Source: Sulfurimonas sp. (GTDB taxonomy: Bacteria > Campylobacterota > Campylobacteria > Campylobacterales > Sulfurimonadaceae). From it: a stretch of 64,000 nucleotides of DNA. Below the pieces are notes generated by a model. It was not told the origin of the DNA. It worked only from the letters and a program-made list of their open reading frames with translations, and ran no database searches. Of this stretch, positions 34,366 to 43,886 are shown one piece after another. Position numbers and translations under genes: made by a program. The stretch lies in contig NZ_JAQVKA010000002.1 of assembly GCF_028694895.1 (NCBI RefSeq), forward strand, positions 2,963-66,962. The letters run 5' to 3'. Positions within the stretch are counted from its first letter, which is position 1. Each line of letters begins with the position of its first letter.

Positions 34366-35560
34366 CCAATGGAATTTTTATACTAAATATTGTAGTCTTT
34401 TTTTTGCTTATAGCGTCAAGCGAACCACCAAGGCCCTGCTCACAAATCATCCTTGACATAAACAGTCCTAGCCCTGTTCCACGGCTTTTATGCTTTGTTG
34501 TAAAGTATGGTTCAAAGATTTTTTCTATATTTTCTTTTATTATTCCGCCTGCATTGTCCTCAAACTCTATAAGAGCAAAATCGCTCTTTTTTTTTATGCG
34601 TATTGAAATCTCTCTAAGAAGAATACTATTATGTATAAAAGCATCTTTAGAGTTGTTTATAAGATTAACTATAACCTGCGTTAACTCATTTGAAATACCA
34701 AGTACTTCTATATCTATAAGCTCTTTTTTAACACCTATCATCTGCTCATTTAGCATATTCTCCAAAAGCGAAACTGCCTCTTCAATACTATCTTTAATGT
34801 TGAAATAGTGTCTCTCTTTATCTGGAGAGAAGAAGTTTGTAAAATCATCAATAGTTTGAGACATGTTTTTTATAATATGTTTGCTCTCATTATAAAACTT
34901 TGAAGCGTCATCTTGATTTTGATTTTGCATAGCTTTTTTAATGTTAAACATTGCTAGACTAAGCTCTGTTAGAGGTTGCCTCCACTGATGAGCAATGTTT
35001 GCTAGCATCTGTCCTAAGCTTGCATGGCGAGATTGCCAAAACATAACACGTTGCTTCTCTTCGTTTTTTGCTATCTCATCACGCACACGAACTTCGAGTG
35101 TTTTATTTAACTCTTTTAACTCTTTAGTCTGCTCAGCTACTCTCTTCTCAAGACTTCTGTTTAGCTCTTCATACTCTGCTTCTTTTTTAAGAAGCTCCTC
35201 TTTTAGTAGAACCTCTTTAGTTACATCATAACGGATAGCTACATACTCTAGTATATTTTTATCTTCATCAAGAATAGGTATGATTGTGGTGTTTACATAA
35301 AAAGTAGAGCCATCTTTTGCTAGATTTTTGACCGTACCTTTATATACATGTTTTTGCGATATGCTCTGCCAAAGAAGTCTAAATTTCTCACTTGGCACAT
35401 CTGGATGGCGCACTATGTTGTGGTTTTTACCTAGAAGTTCTTCTTTTGTATATCCGCTAATCTTGCAAAATTCACTATTTACAAAAGTAATGATGCCATT
35501 AACGTCAGTTTTAGAGATGATATTGCTATTTTCAATAGCCTCTTTATACTGTTTTAACAT
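34349..35560 (-). CDS. PAS domain sensor histidine kinase (cytoplasmic)
   Basis: 403 aa. PAS domain (GIITFVNSEFCKISGYTKEELLGKNH), coiled coil, H-box IAHQWRQPL and ATPase G-box GTGLGLFMS. Confidence 0.8.
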   Translation of the reverse strand: MLKQYKEAIENSNIISKTDVNGIITFVNSEFCKISGYTKEELLGKNHNIVRHPDVPSEKFRLLWQSISQKHVYKGTVKNLAKDGSTFYVNTTIIPILDEDKNILEYVAIRYDVTKEVLLKEELLKKEAEYEELNRSLEKRVAEQTKELKELNKTLEVRVRDEIAKNEEKQRVMFWQSRHASLGQMLANIAHQWRQPLTELSLAMFNIKKAMQNQNQDDASKFYNESKHIIKNMSQTIDDFTNFFSPDKERHYFNIKDSIEEAVSLLENMLNEQMIGVKKELIDIEVLGISNELTQVIVNLINNSKDAFIHNSILLREISIRIKKKSDFALIEFEDNAGGIIKENIEKIFEPYFTTKHKSRGTGLGLFMSRMICEQGLGGSLDAISKKKTTIFSIKIPLDEHEK

Positions 35561-35564
35561 ATCG

Positions 35565-38285
35565 TTACTTTAACTCGCTCCATTTATCACCAATCTTCAT
35601 GCTGGCTTTTAGTGGAATATTTAATGGCATAATATTTTGCATTACCTCTTTAAACTTCTCACCTAGAACTTCTGCTTCAGAAGCATCTACCTCAAATATA
35701 AGTTCATCATGAATCTGCAATAACATCTTGGCGTTTAGTTTCTCATCTTCGATTAGTTTATGAATCTTATTCATGCTTAGTTTTATAAGATCACTAGCAC
35801 TTCCTTGAAATATGCTATTTACAGACTCTCTCTCATAAGCTGCCTTAAACATTGGTGCAGCATTTTCATAGTCAAAGTATCTACGTCTTTTTAGAAGTGT
35901 CTCAACATATCCTTTCTCTTTTGAAAAATCTACAATAGAGCGAAAGTATGACTTCACGCTTGGAAAACTGCTAAAGTATCTCTCAATGATTCCCTTAGCC
36001 TCTGCTGTGGTTATTTTTAGAGTCTCAGAGAGCTTTTTTTGTCCCATCCCATACAAAAGCCCAAAGTTAACTGTTTTAGCCACATTTCTCTTCATTGGAG
36101 CCTCTTCTTCGCCAAAAAGAGCAATCGCTGTTTGCATATGGATATCTTTATCTTGCATAAATGCATCAACAAGAACTTTATCTCGTGTAAAGTGTGCTAG
36201 AAGCCTAAGTTCAATTTGTGAGTAGTCTATACCTATGAGTTTTTTACCCTTTGGCGCGACAAAAGCTTCTCTTATTTTTGTGCCAAGAGCTGTTCTTGTA
36301 GGTATATTTTGAAGATTTGGATTTTTAGAGCTGAGTCTTCCCGTTGTAGTTCCAGTCTGAACAAAAGAGGTATGAATACGGCTCTCTTTATCCTGTTTGC
36401 TGAGCTTTAAGAGTGGTTCTATATATGTTGAGTATAGTTTATAAACCTCTCTGTACTCCAAAAGATATGGGATGATTTCATGCTCATCAATGAGAGAGTT
36501 TAAAACCTTCTCATCAGTTGAATATCCAGTTTTTGTCTTTTTTGAAGTAGGAAGTCCTAGTTTTTCAAAAAGCACGCCACCTAATTGTTGTGTTGAGTTT
36601 ATATTAAACTCCATCGAAGCCAAATCATAGATTTTTTTAGTAAGTTCTTCTAGAGACTCTTTTGCTTCTTGTAAAAACTGTTCTAAAAATGAGCTATTTA
36701 ACTCTATACCGTAAGTCTCCATCTTAAGAAGTGTTTTTATAAACGGAAACTCAACTTCTTTTGCCTCTTGTATAAGGTGCTCCGCTCCTTGCTGCTTTAA
36801 CATCTCTAAAAAAAGATAGTAAAGTCTTAAGGTTATGTAAGCATCTTCTGCCGCATACTCACATGCATCTTCTAGTGCAACGCTAGCAAATGTCTCGCCT
36901 TTTTTTACACTATCTTTAAATGTAATCATCTTATGCTCTAGCAGTTTTTCTGAGAGTTTATCAAGAGAGAGTGCACTCTCAGGATTTATTAGCCAAGCCA
37001 AAATCATAGAATCAGCAAATATATCAAGGTCGTTTTCACCCAAGAATCTTATGACAAAGTGGAGATCAAACTTTATATTATGCCCTACAACACGGGAGTT
37101 AAAGATTTTTTTAATAGCAATTTTTGCATCTTCTTTTGAGACTTGCTCGCCTACTCCAAGATAAAAGTGTGCGATAGGAACATAATACGCCTCATCTTCA
37201 TTAAAACAAAAACTAAAGCCTACAAGCGAATCATTTTCATAATCAAGGCCCGTTGTCTCCGTATCAAAAGCTACTATCGTATCTTCTTTTAATGCGGATA
37301 AAATTCTATGTAACTCTTGTGCATCATCAAGGAGCGTTGCTTTAAAGTTTACCTTTTTGTTATTTTGAACTTCTACTTCAACTTTTTTTAGAGCTTCTTC
37401 GTGAGTTTCTTGTGTAACCATACTCTTAGCAGCAAGAGATCTCAAAATACTGTTTTGTTCATACTTCACAAGCTCATCATAGATATTTAAAAATGGATTT
37501 TCTATATCCATCCTATACTCTTCAAAATCAAAATTATCAAAAACACTGTGACTAAGTGTTACAAGCTTTTTAGACATATAAGCTTGCTCTTTAGACTCTA
37601 AGAGTTTTTTTTGGATTCCAAGTGGTTTAATATCCTCTATATTTGCATAAATATTATCTAGAGATTGATACTCAACTAAGAGTTTCTCCGCTCCAACTTT
37701 TCCTATCCCTTTTACACCAGGGATATTATCTGCTGAATCCCCTAATATGGATTGATAGTCAATAAACTGTTTTGGAGATATTCCATATTTTTTTAAACAG
37801 CCATCCTCATCCATAATCTGTTTTTTTATAGCATCAACCAAAACAACGCTACCATCATCGATAAGTTGAAAAAGATCTTTATCATGCGATACAACTCTAA
37901 CGTTGTAACTCATCTCTTTTGCAAAGCGTACAACTGTTGCTATAACATCATCAGCCTCATAACCATCATAGCCCAGAGTTTTATATCCCATCTTATCAAT
38001 CCACTCAATTGCAATTGGAAGTTGCATAGTTAGCTCTTGTGGCGGTGGTTGTCTATTTGCTTTATAGTTTGGATCTATCTCTTTTCTAAAACTATCTCCC
38101 TTTGTATCTATAGCAAATACAATATAATCACTATCGTGCTGTTTTTGAAGAGTTGAGATAAAGTTAGTAAAGCCAGTTAAAAGGCCTGTAGGAAAGCCTT
38201 GAGAGTTTTTTAGATGTTGTGGTAGAGCGTAAAAACTGCGGAAAAAAAAGCCAAATGTATCGATGACAGTTACTGTTTTTTTCAT
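35565..38285 (-). CDS. polA: DNA polymerase I
   Basis: 906 aa. 5'-3' exonuclease, 3'-5' exonuclease and family A polymerase motifs (DYSQIELR, KTVNFGLLYG, QIHDE). Confidence 0.97.
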   Translation of the reverse strand: MKKTVTVIDTFGFFFRSFYALPQHLKNSQGFPTGLLTGFTNFISTLQKQHDSDYIVFAIDTKGDSFRKEIDPNYKANRQPPPQELTMQLPIAIEWIDKMGYKTLGYDGYEADDVIATVVRFAKEMSYNVRVVSHDKDLFQLIDDGSVVLVDAIKKQIMDEDGCLKKYGISPKQFIDYQSILGDSADNIPGVKGIGKVGAEKLLVEYQSLDNIYANIEDIKPLGIQKKLLESKEQAYMSKKLVTLSHSVFDNFDFEEYRMDIENPFLNIYDELVKYEQNSILRSLAAKSMVTQETHEEALKKVEVEVQNNKKVNFKATLLDDAQELHRILSALKEDTIVAFDTETTGLDYENDSLVGFSFCFNEDEAYYVPIAHFYLGVGEQVSKEDAKIAIKKIFNSRVVGHNIKFDLHFVIRFLGENDLDIFADSMILAWLINPESALSLDKLSEKLLEHKMITFKDSVKKGETFASVALEDACEYAAEDAYITLRLYYLFLEMLKQQGAEHLIQEAKEVEFPFIKTLLKMETYGIELNSSFLEQFLQEAKESLEELTKKIYDLASMEFNINSTQQLGGVLFEKLGLPTSKKTKTGYSTDEKVLNSLIDEHEIIPYLLEYREVYKLYSTYIEPLLKLSKQDKESRIHTSFVQTGTTTGRLSSKNPNLQNIPTRTALGTKIREAFVAPKGKKLIGIDYSQIELRLLAHFTRDKVLVDAFMQDKDIHMQTAIALFGEEEAPMKRNVAKTVNFGLLYGMGQKKLSETLKITTAEAKGIIERYFSSFPSVKSYFRSIVDFSKEKGYVETLLKRRRYFDYENAAPMFKAAYERESVNSIFQGSASDLIKLSMNKIHKLIEDEKLNAKMLLQIHDELIFEVDASEAEVLGEKFKEVMQNIMPLNIPLKASMKIGDKWSELK

Positions 38286-38286
38286 T

Positions 38287-39096
38287 TCAAAATGATTGAG
38301 TCATACTATCTATAGACTCTTCCAATAGTTTAACTTTATACCCTGCATCAAGAGCTTTTTTAAGTCCAAAATTTATGGCCATCTCTGAGAAAGGTTTATT
38401 GATAGGGATGATTGTTTTTACAATATTTAGAGCTGTTGCAAACTCTCTTATCTCATCTGGCGCACTTGAAGGAGTATCTGAGTATTTTATCATCTCAATG
38501 AATTCATTATCAAATCCCCAGTGCTTAAATACAAGTGCGGTAACTTCTCCACAACTTGCATTAACATAGGCCTTCTCAACTACTGCTAAGTTATTTGAGT
38601 CCTCTATTTCATTTGCAAATCTTATCGCTTCATCATTTTGAATAACTTCACTAGCGATTAGTATCTTTCCAGTTTCTTGCAAAAATGCTGCTAAATAGAG
38701 CTTTTCAGCCTTTTGTTTATCAATTTTTTTATACCAATTAAGCATCAAAGCAGCTTGTAGTGATGAAATATGAGCAAACTCATCTGATGTTACTCGGTAT
38801 GGTTGCATATCTACATTTAATAGCTTTCTTATTGAGTTTCCTATAGCAATCGAGCGAGTCATACTCATTCCAAAAAGACTTACTGCCTGAGAAGCATTTT
38901 TTATTTCACTACCAAATCCATAAAGAGGAGAGTTTGCAATCTTTAAAATATTTGCAATAATCATAGGGTCATTCTCTATAGCACTTGCCATATCTTTTAA
39001 AGTGGAGCTTTCCTCAGCGTATATCTTATTTATTTTTAGAATTGTAGATGAGAGTGGGGGTAGTGCTTTAATATTATCTATAATAGAGCTTTTCAA
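38287..39096 (-). CDS. HDOD domain-containing signalling protein
   Basis: 269 aa. HDOD pattern LPPLSSTILKI...IENDPMIIANILKIANSPLYGF...AVSLFG. Confidence 0.8.
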   Translation of the reverse strand: MKSSIIDNIKALPPLSSTILKINKIYAEESSTLKDMASAIENDPMIIANILKIANSPLYGFGSEIKNASQAVSLFGMSMTRSIAIGNSIRKLLNVDMQPYRVTSDEFAHISSLQAALMLNWYKKIDKQKAEKLYLAAFLQETGKILIASEVIQNDEAIRFANEIEDSNNLAVVEKAYVNASCGEVTALVFKHWGFDNEFIEMIKYSDTPSSAPDEIREFATALNIVKTIIPINKPFSEMAINFGLKKALDAGYKVKLLEESIDSMTQSF

Positions 39097-39141
39097 ATTT
39101 GCACCTTTTTTAAAATTATTATAGCAAGTTATATATTAAAA

Positions 39142-39855
39142 TTATTTGCTGTGGCACTCACTTAATGTCTTTTCAGCCCTTGTGAAATAATCATAACCAT
39201 TATAAATTGTATATACTCCATACAAAACCACTGCAAATGATGAAAGGCTCACCATCATGTTTCTAAAGCTTGTTGCACGTGAGAGAGATGCCAAGAAACC
39301 GAGTCCAAACATAGCTGGAATTGTACTAAGTCCAAATATCATCATCACAAAAGCTCCATAAAGAGGACTAGCAGTACTAGCTGCTGTAATAGCAAAGAAG
39401 TATACAAATCCACATGGCATAAGACCATTTAACATTCCAAGAGTGAAGAAACTAAAGTTTGATTTTGAATTTAATACTTTTCTAAATATATCTTTATATG
39501 CAGATGAAGATGAAAATGAGTGCTCTATAAGTGTTAAAAATTTTATTTTACCCATTAAAGAGAGACCAGCTAAAACCATAGCAACCCCAGCAACTACAAG
39601 AAGCACTCCATTTGCACTATTGCTAAAAATAACAACACCACCGAGTGTTCCAAAGATAGCACCAAGAGTTGAGTATGTAAAGACTCTCCCCAAAGAGTAA
39701 AGAAGATGGGCAGTACTTTGTGAAACCTTTGAGCTACTTGGTTCGATTTTTATAGATGAGTAAGCTAAGACTATACCTCCACACATTCCTATACAGTGTC
39801 CAAAAGAACCTAAAAAGGCTATGGTCATGATAGTTATTATGTTTACTGTTTCCAA
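39142..39855 (-). CDS. DsbD_2/TauE-like polytopic membrane protein (HCxGMCGG motif family)
   Basis: 237 aa with about 6 TM helices. N-terminal GHCIGMCGG motif, characteristic of COG2836-type membrane proteins often annotated as sulfite exporter or UreH-like. Confidence 0.5.
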   Translation of the reverse strand: METVNIITIMTIAFLGSFGHCIGMCGGIVLAYSSIKIEPSSSKVSQSTAHLLYSLGRVFTYSTLGAIFGTLGGVVIFSNSANGVLLVVAGVAMVLAGLSLMGKIKFLTLIEHSFSSSSAYKDIFRKVLNSKSNFSFFTLGMLNGLMPCGFVYFFAITAASTASPLYGAFVMMIFGLSTIPAMFGLGFLASLSRATSFRNMMVSLSSFAVVLYGVYTIYNGYDYFTRAEKTLSECHSK

Positions 39856-39857
39856 AT

Positions 39858-40367
39858 CTAGTTCTCTTTATTTAAAAGTTTTTTCCTAATTAGCGGATTG
39901 CGCAGAGTCTCTCCTCTTAGCATTCTAAGGCGCATTATATCAAAAGTTACAAGCCCATTAGAACTATGCTCATAAGCTCCAAAACCATATCCCATGGGGG
40001 TATCGTCTGTTAATGAATAAAAAGCATCTTTAGCATCTATCCATCTCTTTGTATCTCTACTCATTACCCAGATTTTAATGCTATTTTCAAGGTTTTTATC
40101 TTCTAACCATCTTATAAATCCACCATGATCATGAAAAAACCAGCTTTTACCATCTTTAGCGATTATCTGAGAAGCATCTCTTAAATCATCTATAACCATT
40201 CCACAATCACTATCTTGATAGATTCCAGCACTCATCTCAAGAGGAATTTGTGCAAAGTTACCCTCTTGAACAACAATCATTTTTTTACTAGAGGCTAAAA
40301 ATATAAAAATTAAAACAAGCGTACCAACAAAAAGAGCAAGAAAAAGAAACGGTAAAGTTTTTTTCAT
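39858..40367 (-). CDS. membrane-anchored NosL-like protein (putative metal chaperone)
   Basis: 169 aa with an N-terminal TM anchor. DCGMVIDD...ASQIIAKDGKSWFFHDHGG resembles the NosL family C-x-M metal-binding region. Confidence 0.4.
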   Translation of the reverse strand: MKKTLPFLFLALFVGTLVLIFIFLASSKKMIVVQEGNFAQIPLEMSAGIYQDSDCGMVIDDLRDASQIIAKDGKSWFFHDHGGFIRWLEDKNLENSIKIWVMSRDTKRWIDAKDAFYSLTDDTPMGYGFGAYEHSSNGLVTFDIMRLRMLRGETLRNPLIRKKLLNKEN

Positions 40368-40412
40368 TTTTTAAACCTTTATCAGCTTTGATAAATCATA
40401 TTTTATATATAT

Positions 40413-40438
40413 ATTCTATTTGATTTATCAAATAGAAT
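40413..40438. promoter_or_regulatory. perfect 12-bp inverted repeat ATTCTATTTGAT-tt-ATCAAATAGAAT (operator or terminator candidate)
   Basis: Seen directly, 46 nt upstream of the 39858-40367 gene start. A second palindrome, TTTATCA-gctt-TGATAAA, lies at 40378-40395. Confidence 0.35.
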
Positions 40439-40510
40439 GCATTAAACATTAATATTACGCTTCTTTTAAAACAAACATCATATTTTACATAAGTAAGCGT
40501 TACATTAGTA

Positions 40511-40990
40511 TTAGGTATCTCTTCGTTTCTTTCCTTTGGCAACATCATCATGAATCAAAAAAAGAGCTAAATCATCTTTTAACTCATCACTTAACTTATC
40601 CCATATCTTTTTTTTGCGTTCATATCTTTTTGGATTCTCTTTTATACTTTTACTCAAATCTCGTATAAGATAGTGGTAACGAACTATGCTCTTGGTATAT
40701 GAGCCTACAAAGTACCAATTTTTAATAATCTGGTAGCTTCTCTCTTCATGATCTGTAAAACTATATTCATTAAATTTTATATCTTCTTCATCTTTTTTAA
40801 AAGCTGCATATGGTTTTCCTATGTCATGTAGTAATGCTGCAGTAAAAAACCTAAACTCTCTGGCTTTAATAACATTATATACAACACGAAGAGTGTGAAC
40901 TAAAACTCCGTGTTGATGCCATTTATTTTGTGTAAAAAGAAGAGATTTCCAAAAAGCTTTTGATATCAGATTGTTTTTTACTCTACTCAT
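40511..40990 (-). CDS. HD domain phosphohydrolase
   Basis: HD motif LLHDIGKP. I prefer the start at ATG 40990 (MSRVKNN...), which forms an ATGA overlap with the upstream recombinase stop. The ORF track extends to 41017. Confidence 0.6.
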   Translation of the reverse strand: MSRVKNNLISKAFWKSLLFTQNKWHQHGVLVHTLRVVYNVIKAREFRFFTAALLHDIGKPYAAFKKDEEDIKFNEYSFTDHEERSYQIIKNWYFVGSYTKSIVRYHYLIRDLSKSIKENPKRYERKKKIWDKLSDELKDDLALFLIHDDVAKGKKRRDT

Positions 40991-41813
40991 ATGCTCTCTT
41001 TTGCCATTGGATGACAAACCTCCAATGTCTCTTTTAAATCTTGTTTTTGTATATGCGTATATATTTGCGTACTTAGAAGTGAAGAGTGTCCTAGTAACTC
41101 TTGAACAACTCTTAAATCTGCTCCACCAGCAATTAACGCTGTAGCGTATGAATGCCTAAGAACATGAGGAGAGACTCCTAGTATTTTTGAGTTATCTTAT
41201 ATGCAGATATTCTACTAAGCCTATCGCCCTTGTAGTTCTGCCAAACATACTCTTTTGTTTTATCGAGTTCATTAAGATAAGCGTCAACAGCTACTTTAGC
41301 GATAGAAGCGATTGGAACGATACGCTCTTTCTCGCCCTTTGCATGTCTTATATAAAGCCACTCACCCTCAATATCTTCTTTGCTTAATGCTAGACATTCA
41401 CTAATCCTTGCTCCTGTTGCATATAAAAAAATTATTATAGCATAGTCTCTAAGGCCTATAATTGTGCTTCTATCAATCAAAGATAGAGCATTTTGTATCT
41501 CTTGATATGAAAGAAACTTTGGAAGCAGTTTTGAGATTTTAGAAAATTTTAGTTTTTTCTTCTCATCTACAAATTGATTTTTATAACAAAAATCAAAAAA
41601 AGCGTTTACTGAGGATAGTTTTCTATTGAGAGTTCTTTTGTTTTTGTATTGGCTTAAAAGATTAAAAAGGGTTTTTGAATCTAATGAAATCAGCGGCTTA
41701 TTTAGAGATAATTCTATCTGTTCTAAATCACTTCTATAAGCATCAACGCTTCTCTTACTAAGAGCTTTTATAACGCTTATATACTCTATAAAAGCCTCTA
41801 ACTCGTTTGACAT
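40987..41813 (-). pseudogene. Xer-type tyrosine recombinase interrupted by a 1-nt frameshift
   Basis: The N-terminal ORF (41178-41813) has the SAM-like core-binding domain and the ATGARISE Arg. The catalytic C-terminus ([13 protein letters not shown]...[14 protein letters not shown]) continues in another frame down to the stop at 40987-40989. The two frames meet at a T5 run at 41184-41188 (A5 on the coding strand). Confidence 0.75.
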
Positions 41814-41815
41814 CT

Positions 41816-42814
41816 CTACTCTACTGAAATATACTCATCATGAACAAAAAAGATTTTACCATCTATATAAACATATCCATCTTCAACATCTGCTTCATAG
41901 ATACTAGATGATGATAAATCTATTGGCATCTCGATAAGATATCCCTCTTTTTCTAAAGCATATAGTTTATTATTGTTTAAAATAAGTCCTAAAAAGTGTG
42001 CAAAAGCAAACTTAAGTCTTGCATTTTCTTTTAAGTCAGATGTTAAAGATACGATTTCGCCTTGTTTTGTAGCGATATAGATGTTTTTATCATCAGTTAC
42101 TACGCTTCTTATATCAAATGGCAATCTAATCTCATCTTGAGATAAAGAGAGTATTTTATTTCCGGTTGCTGCAATGATTTTATTATCTAGTAAATTAAAG
42201 AAGATAACATTATTAAAATGCTCTTCAGTGCTTACAATAATCGTTCTTAGTCTCTTTTTTGTCTCTTCATTTATGATTACTATTTTTCCATCTAATGTTG
42301 CAAAAATAACAAGTTCATCCCTAAAATAAGGCTTAATTATCTTTGAGTTTACAACTATCGGAGGATTTCCCTGCTCTTTTAAAAGTAGTGCTTTACTCTT
42401 TATCGAGTATAGCGCCATTTCATTATCTGAGAAAAGAACAGCTAGAGTATCTTTTTTAACACTAGCTGTAGCAATAGTCTTCTTTAAGTTAAATGTTTCA
42501 ATATTTTTTTTATCTGCAATACTTTGAAGAGTTAAGTTTCCATCAATGTTTGAGCTTAATATCCATCCATCACTCTCGCCTAAAAGTTTTTCATCCTCAG
42601 CAATAAAAACATTAACCACTTTTCCATTAGCAAGGATCTCTCTATCGTCAACTAATGCGGCATTTTGAGAAATACCTTTTATAGTTACATCACTGCTACC
42701 AGAGTAATCCCAACTATCAACTACATCTTTAGGTTTAAAAACTTCTTTTGAGCCACATGCGCTAAATAGTAAAGCAACTATTAATGGTATGAAAATAGTA
42801 TATAAAGTTCTCAA
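41816..42814 (-). CDS. lipoprotein, BamB-like beta-propeller candidate
   Basis: 332 aa. Lipobox LFSACGS. Repetitive beta-strand-rich sequence. Lies directly downstream of a YfgM-like gene, as in the proteobacterial yfgM-bamB arrangement. Confidence 0.4.
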   Translation of the reverse strand: MRTLYTIFIPLIVALLFSACGSKEVFKPKDVVDSWDYSGSSDVTIKGISQNAALVDDREILANGKVVNVFIAEDEKLLGESDGWILSSNIDGNLTLQSIADKKNIETFNLKKTIATASVKKDTLAVLFSDNEMALYSIKSKALLLKEQGNPPIVVNSKIIKPYFRDELVIFATLDGKIVIINEETKKRLRTIIVSTEEHFNNVIFFNLLDNKIIAATGNKILSLSQDEIRLPFDIRSVVTDDKNIYIATKQGEIVSLTSDLKENARLKFAFAHFLGLILNNNKLYALEKEGYLIEMPIDLSSSSIYEADVEDGYVYIDGKIFFVHDEYISVE

Positions 42815-42818
42815 AATA

Positions 42819-43460
42819 TTACTTTATTCCGTAGTGCATAAGTATTGCAACTAATTTTTCTAATGATGACTCTTTTGAAACTTTCTCAAGTGAATTTCTA
42901 GCTTCATCAATCTTATTTTCATTTAATAGCATAATCGCTCCTTGAACAAGTGCTAAATCTCTAAAGATTGCATCTTGCTTTGAAGCGTATTCTGCAAGCA
43001 TAGAGTTGTCTGTCGCCATCTCATACTCAGCCATATCACTAACAATAAGGGCTTTCGTATGTTTTAAACTTTTAAGTTTTTCTATGTCTTTATTTGCAAT
43101 AGCTTGTGAGAAAATCCAAGCGTCATGAAGATTTGGTGCTAAAGATTTAAGCTCACTTAGTGCTGCTGCATCACTTGGGTTTAATGCAAGTTTTGAAAAA
43201 GCAATATTTGCTTCTTTTGTTTTACTTTTTTCATTTGCTTCATAAGCGATATTTGCAGCTACAAGCACAACGATAGCAGCAATAGAAGCTATAATTGCTT
43301 TTTTGTATTTTTTAATAAATCTCTCAGTAACAACTGCTTTTTCAAAAAACTTCTCTTCGGAGTTTAACTCCTGTCTTATCATCTCAATATTATCTTTTAA
43401 ACTCAAAATATTCCTTAGTGTTTCTTTGTATGTATCATAAAGTTTAAAATAGTATCGCAT
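42819..43460 (-). CDS. membrane-anchored TPR-like protein (YfgM-like)
   Basis: 213 aa. A single TM helix after about 55 aa, followed by a helical-repeat periplasmic domain. Confidence 0.4.
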   Translation of the reverse strand: MRYYFKLYDTYKETLRNILSLKDNIEMIRQELNSEEKFFEKAVVTERFIKKYKKAIIASIAAIVVLVAANIAYEANEKSKTKEANIAFSKLALNPSDAAALSELKSLAPNLHDAWIFSQAIANKDIEKLKSLKHTKALIVSDMAEYEMATDNSMLAEYASKQDAIFRDLALVQGAIMLLNENKIDEARNSLEKVSKESSLEKLVAILMHYGIK

Positions 43461-43533
43461 ATTTTGTTAAACTTTCATCAAAGAGATAGATTTTTTTTGT
43501 TACAATCTTATAAATTAATACTAAGGTAATTAA

Positions 43534-43824
43534 ATGCAAGTAGATGATATGTTATTGAGTAAGTTAGAAAAATTATCTTTTTTAAAAATTGCTGATGATA
43601 AAAGGGACGAAATCATATCTCAACTCTCAGAGATTGTAAATTTTGTTGATAATTTAAGTCTCTTAGATACACAAAATGTTGATGAAAAATTTGCGATGAG
43701 TGATGATGCTACCCTCTTAAGAGAAGATGTTGCCTTTTGTGATACATCGATAAATGAAAGTATCATTCAACACGCACCTCTTAGCAGAGATAATTTCTTT
43801 GTTGTACCAAAGATTATAGAGTAA
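43534..43824 (+). CDS. gatC: Asp-tRNA(Asn)/Glu-tRNA(Gln) amidotransferase subunit C
   Basis: 96 aa. Typical GatC pattern (KLSFLKI......IVNFVDNL..LDT). Confidence 0.85.
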   Translation: MQVDDMLLSKLEKLSFLKIADDKRDEIISQLSEIVNFVDNLSLLDTQNVDEKFAMSDDATLLREDVAFCDTSINESIIQHAPLSRDNFFVVPKIIE

Positions 43825-43886
43825 GTACCTATTTAAAAAGTGTTAAACTTTAAAGCCCAAAATTTAAAAAACAGAGGTGCGTAATC

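Noticed and set aside
40987-41813. The frameshifted Xer-like recombinase as the missing integrase of the cassette array.
   Set aside because: It lies 28 kb from the array and is not divergently adjacent to an attI-like site. At about 275 aa it is shorter than typical integron integrases (about 320 aa or more, with an extra IntI-specific insertion). It looks like a chromosome-dimer-resolution Xer protein. This cannot be excluded without phylogeny, but nothing in the sequence supports it.
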